The notes under the pieces are model-generated. The model was not told the origin of the DNA. It saw only the letters and a program-made list of their open reading frames with translations, and ran no database searches. Positions 38,739 to 46,640 of a DNA stretch of 64,000 nucleotides are shown here, one piece after another. Source of the DNA: an uncultured Eubacteriales bacterium (GTDB taxonomy: Bacteria > Bacillota > Clostridia > Oscillospirales > QAKW01); the NCBI GenBank assembly GCA_902492505.1, contig CABULU010000001.1, forward strand, positions 7,601 through 71,600, written 5' to 3'. How positions within the stretch are numbered: the stretch's first letter is position 1; each line of letters begins with the position of its first letter. A program made the position numbers and the translations under genes.

Positions 38739-38782
38739 TTTATAATAATAGTTACAAAGGCTTTTGTAACTATTATTATAAA
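38739..38782. repeat. 44-bp near-perfect palindrome just upstream of the XRE-TPR gene RBS
   Basis: tttataataatagttacaaagg / cttttgtaactattattataaa. 21 of 22 symmetric pairs are complementary, with the only mismatch at 38759/38762. Confidence 0.85.
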
Positions 38783-38792
38783 GGATGATTTT

Positions 38793-39896
38793 ATGCTGAA
38801 AATAGGACAAATAATTAAAGATTTAAGAACAAAACAAGATGTAACACAAGAAAAATTGGCGGCATATCTTAACATTTCCTATCAAGCCATAAGTAAGTGG
38901 GAAAACGGGATAGCGTTGCCGGATATAACTTTGATACCGCAAATTGCAAATTTTTTTGGTGTAACAAGCGACGAGCTTTTGGGCATGAAAGATGCAGTTG
39001 AAACCGAAGAATTAAGGGAATACGAGAATATTTATCAACAAAACAGTCGAAACGGCAAGGTACTTGACAATATCAATTTAGCAAAAGAGGTGTTGAAAAA
39101 ATATCCTCGGAATTATCAATGGATGTTGAATTTAGCATATCCATTAATTCAATACACCTCTACAAAAGAGCAAATAGCTTACGCAAAAGAAAACGATTTT
39201 TTGCAAAATGCCGTTAATATTTGCGAAAGGATATTGGATGACTGCACTGTTGATTCCGTAAGACATGGTGCTATACAAATTTTATGCTATATTTATCCCC
39301 TGATTGACAAAACCGATAAAGCTGTTGCTTTAGCCGAGACCATGCCTGATATATGGGTTTGCAAAGAAGAATTATTATCAAAAATTTATAGTGGTGAAAA
39401 GCAATTAGAGCAGTTGCAAAATAATATAGTTACAATGATCGACCTTTGTTTTGGAGCTATATTTTTATATTCATCGCAGGATAATGAGCTGACTGAATTT
39501 AATAGAATTGAGTTAATGCAGACGGCGAACAGTTTGCTGATGGCTGTTTTTAAAGATGACGAAAATCTTTTCTTTTATAATGACCGCTTGATGAGAAGTC
39601 ACTTTGAAATTTCTGCTATGTATGCAAAGGTTGGTGAATATTCGAATTCACTTAAAAATATTTTGATTTGTGAAAAATATGCAATAGCATGCGATAATCT
39701 TAAAAATGCAGAAAAGAAAAAGTCCACTTCATTGCTTACTAATCGGATAACCTTTGATTCAAAAAATATGGGCAGGAATTGGGAAGGCAAATGGAAACAT
39801 TTTTTACTAAGGATGATAGAGAACAATCCTCACATGGATAAATTAAAAGATAATAAAGATTTTACGACTCTAATAAAAAGATTGAAAACTTTATAG
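38793..39896 (+). CDS. XRE-family HTH regulator with a large helical-repeat (TPR-like) C-terminal domain
   Basis: Start set at ATG 38793 (AAAGGATGA RBS). N-terminal IGQIIKDLRTKQDVTQEKLAAYLNISYQAISKWENG, followed by about 300 aa of helical repeats. The gene is AT-rich. Confidence 0.75.
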   Translation: MLKIGQIIKDLRTKQDVTQEKLAAYLNISYQAISKWENGIALPDITLIPQIANFFGVTSDELLGMKDAVETEELREYENIYQQNSRNGKVLDNINLAKEVLKKYPRNYQWMLNLAYPLIQYTSTKEQIAYAKENDFLQNAVNICERILDDCTVDSVRHGAIQILCYIYPLIDKTDKAVALAETMPDIWVCKEELLSKIYSGEKQLEQLQNNIVTMIDLCFGAIFLYSSQDNELTEFNRIELMQTANSLLMAVFKDDENLFFYNDRLMRSHFEISAMYAKVGEYSNSLKNILICEKYAIACDNLKNAEKKKSTSLLTNRITFDSKNMGRNWEGKWKHFLLRMIENNPHMDKLKDNKDFTTLIKRLKTL

Positions 39897-40017
39897 AAAT
39901 AATAAAACAAATCTGAGTTATATCAGATGTATATTATGGATAAAAAAAATAAAGTCATAAATATAGCGAACATCGGATTGTGCCTGCACAATTTGAAAAG
40001 GAGCTAAATATAAATAA

Positions 40018-40060
40018 TTGGGGTACCATCCGCAAGGAAAGTGCCCCAATTTTTCTTTTT
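40018..40060 (+). terminator. rho-independent terminator
   Basis: ttggggtac (40018-40026) / gtgccccaa (40041-40049), followed by an 11-nt T-rich run. Confidence 0.6.
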
Positions 40061-40173
40061 TATTTTCTGAGAGATATCAGATATTTAAAGTATGTTCATA
40101 AGCCGTTATAGGTTTTATTCAGTTCAACACATCTCACATTATAATTATTTCTGTAAGTCGGTCGCATTTTATT

Positions 40174-41082
40174 TTAATATTTTACCGAACGCAGAGAAAC
40201 AAGATGTTTGCCTATTTCGGAAAGATAAATAAGACCTGCGCGCCTCAGCTCAACAGGACCGGGAGGACATATCTCAAAGCTCAGATTTCCTCTGTAATTC
40301 ACATCGTCAAGTGCTTTCATGAACTCCTCCCAATTAATACGCATCGGCTTTATGCCGTGGGGAGCCTGATGTGCCGAATACGGGAACGTGTGCAGATCGC
40401 TTATTCCGTCGACATCGTGCGTGTGCAAAACTGCCAGCTTATCGCCGCAGATACGTACCATTTCGCATGGGTCATCCTGTGTCAGCGGTGCATGACCGAC
40501 GTCAACGCAGATTCTGAACCTGTCACCTAAAACATTGCACATATCTACCATTTCCTGTGCATGGGAAAGAATCGTAGAACATATATGACCGTAAACCGGG
40601 TCACATACCCACATGTTTTCAATGCAGCAGTAAACGTCGTATTCCTCAAGCGTCGGAATTAATCTCTTGTAAAATTCAACCGACTTGTCAAATGCTTCCT
40701 GCTTTAAAAGATCGTAGCGTCTGCCGGGCAAAATAATCGGATGTACAACGCAGTATTTGCTGCCCAGATAATGTGTGGCTTTAATTGACGCGATCTGGCG
40801 TTTTACGATTTCGTCATAGTCAAAGTCGTAATTACGCGGATGTCCGGAAAAAGCAGAATGGGTCTGCCCGATTTCAAAATCCGCCTTTTGTGCACATTCG
40901 CGCAGCATTGTAAAATGCTCCTTTATTTGCTCGTCTGTAACATTGTCGATGTCTCCGAACATTCCGTTTCTGTCAAAATAACGTCCCAGAGAAAGGTCAG
41001 TTGCGTCAAAACCGCAGTCCTTGAGATACTGAAACTGCTCTTTTTCGTCAACGGGTGTGCAGTTTATAACAGATAGCTTCAT
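40174..41082 (-). CDS. sugar phosphate isomerase/epimerase (xylose-isomerase-like TIM barrel)
   Basis: Start set at ATG 41082 (AGGGAGA RBS). The motifs CVVHP, CIENM, VCVDVGH and LHTHD are typical of AP-endonuclease-2/xylose-isomerase-like barrels. Confidence 0.75.
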   Translation of the reverse strand: MKLSVINCTPVDEKEQFQYLKDCGFDATDLSLGRYFDRNGMFGDIDNVTDEQIKEHFTMLRECAQKADFEIGQTHSAFSGHPRNYDFDYDEIVKRQIASIKATHYLGSKYCVVHPIILPGRRYDLLKQEAFDKSVEFYKRLIPTLEEYDVYCCIENMWVCDPVYGHICSTILSHAQEMVDMCNVLGDRFRICVDVGHAPLTQDDPCEMVRICGDKLAVLHTHDVDGISDLHTFPYSAHQAPHGIKPMRINWEEFMKALDDVNYRGNLSFEICPPGPVELRRAGLIYLSEIGKHLVSLRSVKY

Positions 41083-41186
41083 AACAAAAATCTCCCTTTT
41101 GTAACGGCGGTGCCGTATTTCAAGCAAAGTATACCAAAGCATTAAAGTATTTTCAATAGAAATTCGTTATTATTTCCATTATTTTA

Positions 41187-41215
41187 TTGACAAAATCTTT
41201 ATGTTGGATTAATAT
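41187..41215 (+). promoter_or_regulatory. sigma-A promoter upstream of the riboswitch candidate
   Basis: TTGACA (41187-41192), 17 nt spacer, TAATAT (41210-41215). Confidence 0.55.
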
Positions 41216-41230
41216 AATATAAAAAATTAA

Positions 41231-41388
41231 CCCTTGAGGGAGTAGTTTGCACGAAAGTGTGGCGCTGTCAACAGCATGGCGGTTTTTTTGCCGTCTGGCA
41301 TCGTCTTAAATAACCAGACTCATGTGCGGAATTTGCCGCGGCGGACATAATTTGCCGCGCTTTGGCAAATACTGTACATGGGTTTTTG
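41231..41388 (+). promoter_or_regulatory. candidate yybP-ykoY (Mn2+) riboswitch with terminator-type expression platform
   Basis: UUGAG-GGAGUAG at the 5' side, a GNRA hairpin GCAC-GAAA-GUGU, GUCAACA, and CCAGAC-CUCAU closing P1. The 3' P1 strand CUCAUGU (41319-41325) can alternatively pair with ACAUGGG (41376-41382), which is followed by UUUUUGUUU. Confidence 0.5.
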
Positions 41389-41416
41389 TTTATATAGCAA
41401 AAAGGAGATTTTGACT

Positions 41417-44047
41417 ATGAATTTCTATTCAAATGACAGCCGCGAGGTGCTGCATGAGCTTGCGTCCTCCGAAAAAGGCCTGTCAGAGCAGTCGGCATTA
41501 TCGCGCGCGGAAAAGTACGGTAAAAATTTGCTTGCCGAAAAAAAAGGTCCCGGCATTATAAAGCGGTTTTTCATGCAGCTTGCCGATCCGATGATAATTG
41601 TGCTGCTGGCAGCGGCGGCACTTTCAGGAGTAACGGCGGTTTACGGCGGCGAGTCGCTGGCGGACGTATTTATAATTCTGTTTGTTGTCGTGCTCAATTC
41701 AGTTTTGGGCGTCGTTCAGGAAAGCAAAGCTGAAGAGGCAATCGCCGCGCTGAAAACAATGACTGCGGCACATTCCAAGGTGCTTCGCGACGGAAAGCTT
41801 AGTTCGATAAAAAGCGAGGACCTTGTTCCGGGCGACGTGATTTTGCTGGAGGCGGGCGACGCCGTTCCGGCAGACGCAAGAATACTTGAATGTGCGTCGA
41901 TGAAGGTTGAGGAGTCGGCGCTGACCGGTGAATCGGTACCTGTTGTCAAAACGTCGGATGTAATCGGCGACGAGAACGTCAAGGTGGCGCTCGGTGACCG
42001 TAAAAATATGGTATATATGGGCTCTACCGTGGTTTACGGCCGCGGAAGCGCGGTTGTTTGCAATACCGGAATGAGCACCGAAATGGGCAAGATTGCCGAC
42101 GCGCTTTCAAAGGCGCAGGACAATGCCACACCGCTTCAGAAAAAGCTTGCGGGACTGTCAAAGATACTCACTTTTTTGGTTTTGGGAATATGTATTGTTA
42201 TTTTCGGCGTGGGTCTGTGGAAGACGGGCAGCGTTACGACAGACAGCGTGCTTGAATCCTTTATGCTGGCAATAAGCCTTGCAGTTGCGGCTATTCCCGA
42301 GGGGCTTGCTGCGGTTGTTACAATCGTTTTGTCAATCGGCGTTACAAAAATGTCTAAGCAAAACGCAGTTATAAGAAAGCTTACGGCGGTTGAGACGTTG
42401 GGCTGCGCGCAGGTCATTTGCTCCGACAAAACGGGAACGCTTACGCAGAATAAAATGACGGTTGTTGAGGTTTTCGGTGAAAACGAGGACGCGCTGGGCA
42501 GAGCTATGGCTCTGTGTACAGACGCGGAGTACGATAATGACGCAAAAACCGCTGTCGGAGAACCGACCGAGTGTGCGCTTGTAAACTATGCGGCAAAAAT
42601 CGGGCTTGATAAAAACGAGCTTAAAAAGGAAACTCCGCGTGCGGGAGAGGCTCCGTTTGATTCAATGCGCAAAATGATGACGACGGTTCATGACGCGGGC
42701 GGCAAATTTATACAGTACACAAAGGGTGCGCCGGACGAAATTCTTCGCCGCTGTACCCATGTTATGACAAGTGATGGTGTTGCAAAGCTTACCGATGAAA
42801 AGCGTGCTGAAATAATGGCAAAAAACAAGGATATGGCTGACAGGGCGCTGCGTGTTCTGGCGGGTGCCGTGCGCGAGCATGAGAAGCTCCCGGAGGATAT
42901 GTCGCCCGATGCTTTGGAAAAGGAGCTTGTTTTCCTCGGTCTTTACGGTATGATTGATCCTATCCGCCCCGAGGTAAAGGCGGCGGTTGATAAATGCCGC
43001 GACGCGGGTATACGCGCCGTTATGATAACGGGCGACCATATTGATACCGCCGTTGCCATTGCAAAGGATTTGGGTATTCTAAACGACCCGTCACAGGCTG
43101 TCATGGGTCAGGCTCTTGACAGTATGAGCGATGAGGAGCTGGACAAAAACATTGAAAAATACTGTGTTTATGCGCGGGTTCAGCCGGAACACAAGGTGCG
43201 TATTGTTTCCGCATGGGAGCGGCGCGGCAAGGTAACGGCAATGACCGGTGACGGCGTAAACGACGCGCCGTCAATCAAAACCGCCGATATCGGAATCGGT
43301 ATGGGTATCACCGGCACCGACGTCACCAAAAATGTCGCGGATATGATTTTGGCTGACGATAACTTTGCGACAATAGTTGCCGCTGTCGGTGAGGGACGGC
43401 GCATTTACGACAATATTAGAAAATCCATTCAGTTTCTTCTGTCCTCAAATCTCAGCGAGGTAATCGGCATTTTTACCGCTACCATGCTTGGAGTTGTGCT
43501 GCTGGAGCCGGTGCATATTCTGTGGATTAACCTCATAACCGACAGCCTGCCCGCGCTTGCGCTGGGCATGGAGGAGGGCGAGCGCGACGCGATGAAGCGT
43601 CCGCCGCGGGACTCAAAAGAGGGTATTTTTGCAGGTGGCGTCGGGTTTGATGTTATTTATCAGGGTCTGTTTGTTGCAATTTTGACCCTTGCAGCATATT
43701 TTGTCGGACATTATATTGAGGCGGGCGTTTGGGAGATAGCACGCAGTCACGACGGTATAACGATGGCGTTTCTGACCCTTTCCATGGCTGAGATTTTCCA
43801 GTCCTTCAACATGCGCAGCAGACGGCAGTCGATATTTACGATAAAAAGACAGAACAAATGGCTCTGGGGTGCGGCGGGTCTTGCGCTGTTGCTGACAACT
43901 ACGGTAATTTACGTTCCGTTTCTTGTGAAAATGTTCTCCTTTACACCCATTTCCGTAACTGAGTATTTTGTTGCTCTCGGTCTTGCGTTTCTTATAATCC
44001 CGCTTGTTGAGATTGTTAAATTCATTCAGAGACGGCTGGGTAAGTAA
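41417..44047 (+). CDS. cation-transporting P-type ATPase (P2-type, Ca2+/Mn2+ PMCA/SERCA-like)
   Basis: Start set at ATG 41417 (AAAGGAGA RBS). ICSDKTGTLTQN phosphorylation site, TGDHIDTA, MTGDGVNDAPS and about 10 TM segments. Confidence 0.9.
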   Translation: MNFYSNDSREVLHELASSEKGLSEQSALSRAEKYGKNLLAEKKGPGIIKRFFMQLADPMIIVLLAAAALSGVTAVYGGESLADVFIILFVVVLNSVLGVVQESKAEEAIAALKTMTAAHSKVLRDGKLSSIKSEDLVPGDVILLEAGDAVPADARILECASMKVEESALTGESVPVVKTSDVIGDENVKVALGDRKNMVYMGSTVVYGRGSAVVCNTGMSTEMGKIADALSKAQDNATPLQKKLAGLSKILTFLVLGICIVIFGVGLWKTGSVTTDSVLESFMLAISLAVAAIPEGLAAVVTIVLSIGVTKMSKQNAVIRKLTAVETLGCAQVICSDKTGTLTQNKMTVVEVFGENEDALGRAMALCTDAEYDNDAKTAVGEPTECALVNYAAKIGLDKNELKKETPRAGEAPFDSMRKMMTTVHDAGGKFIQYTKGAPDEILRRCTHVMTSDGVAKLTDEKRAEIMAKNKDMADRALRVLAGAVREHEKLPEDMSPDALEKELVFLGLYGMIDPIRPEVKAAVDKCRDAGIRAVMITGDHIDTAVAIAKDLGILNDPSQAVMGQALDSMSDEELDKNIEKYCVYARVQPEHKVRIVSAWERRGKVTAMTGDGVNDAPSIKTADIGIGMGITGTDVTKNVADMILADDNFATIVAAVGEGRRIYDNIRKSIQFLLSSNLSEVIGIFTATMLGVVLLEPVHILWINLITDSLPALALGMEEGERDAMKRPPRDSKEGIFAGGVGFDVIYQGLFVAILTLAAYFVGHYIEAGVWEIARSHDGITMAFLTLSMAEIFQSFNMRSRRQSIFTIKRQNKWLWGAAGLALLLTTTVIYVPFLVKMFSFTPISVTEYFVALGLAFLIIPLVEIVKFIQRRLGK

Positions 44048-44054
44048 TGTAATT

Positions 44055-44089
44055 AAAAAGCCGGCTTGGAACAATCCAAGCCGGTTTTT
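44055..44089. terminator. bidirectional terminator
   Basis: aaaaagccggcttgga / tccaagccggttttt with loop acaa. Confidence 0.8.
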
Positions 44090-44561
44090 ATATTCCAACT
44101 CTGTATACTATAAGTCCGTTTTGCTGTGCATACTGTACGGTATACGCAGTTCCGCCGTAATTTTTTTTAAGGTATGCAATGCATGCGGAGCTTTCACTCA
44201 CCATTTTTCGGTTGCGCTCGTGCATACAGGTTCGAACATATGCAGGGTACATCACCTCGACGCTGTCCGCAAGCAGTCTTGCTTCATGATACGCCGCCTT
44301 TTGTATAAAGGAAAAATACTTGTCCTGATCTCCGCACGGAAGTATCAGCCGCAGCTTTATATCTATAAGCTCGCGCTTCAGTCTCAGCACCGTTTCTGCG
44401 CAGAGCTGGTCATATCCTATAGCGCCGCCGCAAATGAAGATACGGTAACCGCGCCCGTAAAGCACACGGATGGCATGTTCGGTCTGAGAGGTTATCATTT
44501 CGGCGTCCGCCGCCGGCACGCTTCTGTGCCCTGTAAAACAGCATGTTATTTCTTTGTCCAT
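44088..44561 (-). CDS. SLOG-fold / DUF1273-like protein
   Basis: Start set at ATG 44561. MDKEITCCFTGHRS...ICGGAIGYDQL...GGTAYTV resembles the YpsA/DUF1273-type SLOG family. The RBS is weak. Confidence 0.6.
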   Translation of the reverse strand: MDKEITCCFTGHRSVPAADAEMITSQTEHAIRVLYGRGYRIFICGGAIGYDQLCAETVLRLKRELIDIKLRLILPCGDQDKYFSFIQKAAYHEARLLADSVEVMYPAYVRTCMHERNRKMVSESSACIAYLKKNYGGTAYTVQYAQQNGLIVYRVGI

Positions 44562-44589
44562 TTTCCGATTTTGTCCTGTCTTATTTGTT

Positions 44590-45966
44590 TTATGTATTTT
44601 CAGCGTTGAATTTAAGTGTAAATTCAGAAAATTTTCCCAGCTCACTTTTAACGGTAAGCTCTGCGCCGATGATACGGGCGCTTTCCTTTGCAATCGCAAG
44701 CCCCAGCCCAGTGCCCCCCGTATCTCTGCCTCTGGATTTATCGGCGCGGTAAAAACGCTCGAAAATATGTTCCATGTCTTCGGGCGCTATCCCCTGCCCG
44801 TTATCGCGCACATGTATGCAGGTTTGTTCGTCCTTACACACACGCACGCTTATTTCGCCGCCGGGACGGCTGTATTTTACTGCGTTTGACAGAAGATTGT
44901 AAATTATTGTTTTTATAAGCTCTCTGTCAGATAAAACGCTGCCGCCGCCGGTTATGTAAACCGTAAGACCTTTTTTGTCGCTCTCTATCTTAAGCGTGTC
45001 CGCAACGTCGCCGCACAGTTTAAACAGGTCTACCTGCTCATGCGCGGCCGGCTGCTGCTCTAATTTTGACAGGTACAGCAGCTGACCGACAATGCCGGCC
45101 ATCCGATCCGCTTCGCTGTCAACTGTTGCAAGAAAGCGGCACTGCGTTTCCCTGTCAACGTTTAGTGTGCGCAGCGTTTGGCTGTAGCTTTTTATTACGG
45201 TAAGCGGTGTTTTCAGCTCATGGGAAACGTTTGCGACAAACTCGCGCTGTGCCTGCTCTGCTCTTTCAAATTCGTCAAAGTCGTTTTGTATCTGCCTGCC
45301 CATTTCGTTAAAGACGGTGCAGAGACTGCCGATTTCATCGCGGGTTTTAACATCTATCTGCTTAAACTGTCCTCTCGACATGTCGCGTGCGCCCTTTTCG
45401 AGCTTTTTGATTGACGCGGTCAGCCGCTTTGAGATAAAAAAGCTCAGTGCCGCCGCAAGCGCCACGCCGAAAAGCAGCGCCTGTAAAAACAAGAGCGATA
45501 CGTCCCGCAGCTGCGAGAAAAGCTCGCGTCTTGTGTCAACAACATATACCGTATATCCATCCCCTAAGCTGAATGCAAAGTCCAGCGCGTCCGATGTGAG
45601 GTCACGGTCGGTGCTGAAGCCGCCGTCAAGCACCTGCTTTAAATTGCTTGTCATTTTTAAAATTCCGCCGGTGCGGGAGCTTTTAATGACGTTTCCGTCC
45701 TTTAGTATATAGTAGTCGCGCTGCGAATTCTGATTTAAAACGCTGTCGGAATCCTCAAGATATGTCAGCAGCGGTGAAATATTTCCGTCAAAGTCGCGGC
45801 AGATGTCAAAAAACCGCTCGTTTTCAAAAACAAGTGTAACTGTACGCTCAAAATTCCGATAGTAGCCCAGCGTTAAGTTAACAATGAGCGCCGCGCCCAC
45901 AAACGTTAGCACTGCCGCCGTGATAAGCAGCATGGCAAGATTTAGTTTTGTGCTGATTTTTTTCAT
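44590..45966 (-). CDS. sensor histidine kinase (two TM, HAMP, HisKA, HATPase_c)
   Basis: H-box FVANVSHELKTPLT, N-box NLLSNAVKY and G-boxes DNGQGI / GTGLGLAI. Confidence 0.85.
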   Translation of the reverse strand: MKKISTKLNLAMLLITAAVLTFVGAALIVNLTLGYYRNFERTVTLVFENERFFDICRDFDGNISPLLTYLEDSDSVLNQNSQRDYYILKDGNVIKSSRTGGILKMTSNLKQVLDGGFSTDRDLTSDALDFAFSLGDGYTVYVVDTRRELFSQLRDVSLLFLQALLFGVALAAALSFFISKRLTASIKKLEKGARDMSRGQFKQIDVKTRDEIGSLCTVFNEMGRQIQNDFDEFERAEQAQREFVANVSHELKTPLTVIKSYSQTLRTLNVDRETQCRFLATVDSEADRMAGIVGQLLYLSKLEQQPAAHEQVDLFKLCGDVADTLKIESDKKGLTVYITGGGSVLSDRELIKTIIYNLLSNAVKYSRPGGEISVRVCKDEQTCIHVRDNGQGIAPEDMEHIFERFYRADKSRGRDTGGTGLGLAIAKESARIIGAELTVKSELGKFSEFTLKFNAENT

Positions 45967-46640
45967 ATAATATAATATCCCGCCCCGCGGCGGCTGAGAA
46001 TTATCTCAGGCTCTGACGGTGTTTTTTCCACCTTGGCGCGCAGTCTTCCGATTGCCACGTCAACCGTGTGCAGGTCGCCTAAAAAATTGTTGTAGCCCCA
46101 CACCTTTTCCAGTATCTCCTCGCGGGATACGACACGCCCCCTGTTTTGGACAAGAAGCATAAGTATTTCATATTCCTTTTTGCTGACCGAAATTTCCTCT
46201 CCGTTTTTGGAGACCGCCATTTTATCGGCGTTTATTTTAAGGTCACCTGCCGAAAAAATTGTCTCCTCACGCGGCTTTTTCTCTGTTCGTGCAAGGTTTA
46301 CCTTTATGCGTGCAATAAGCTCGTTCACCGAAAACGGCTTTGTCACATAGTCGTCCGCCATCAGAGACAGCCCTTTAAGCTTATCCTCCTCGCTGTCCAG
46401 CGCGCTGAGAATAATAACCGGCATATCGGATACTTCCCGCAGCCGCTGCAGCACCTCAAAGCCGGAAAGCGACGGCAGCATAAGATCCAGCACCAAAAGA
46501 TCAGCGCCCTCATTTATCAGACGTAAGAGCCCCGCTTTTCCGTCGCTCTCCGCCGTCGTTTCAAAGCCCGCCGCTTTAAGATTGAATTCTATGATAGAGG
46601 AAATGCTGATATCGTCCTCAAGAATAAATATCTTTTTCAT
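45963..46640 (-). CDS. OmpR-family response regulator
   Basis: Receiver domain (DLLVLDLMLP) plus a winged-helix output domain (LTKKEYEIL-like, GAGYYI). Confidence 0.9.
   Translation of the reverse strand: MKKIFILEDDISISSIIEFNLKAAGFETTAESDGKAGLLRLINEGADLLVLDLMLPSLSGFEVLQRLREVSDMPVIILSALDSEEDKLKGLSLMADDYVTKPFSVNELIARIKVNLARTEKKPREETIFSAGDLKINADKMAVSKNGEEISVSKKEYEILMLLVQNRGRVVSREEILEKVWGYNNFLGDLHTVDVAIGRLRAKVEKTPSEPEIILSRRGAGYYII

Noticed and set aside
38638-38745. 35-codon ORF (MKKDNEAPFLLKFQ...) upstream of the XRE-TPR gene, ending inside the palindrome
   Set aside because: It has no RBS, is not hydrophobic or signal-like, and its length is within chance expectation. It is not reported as a gene.
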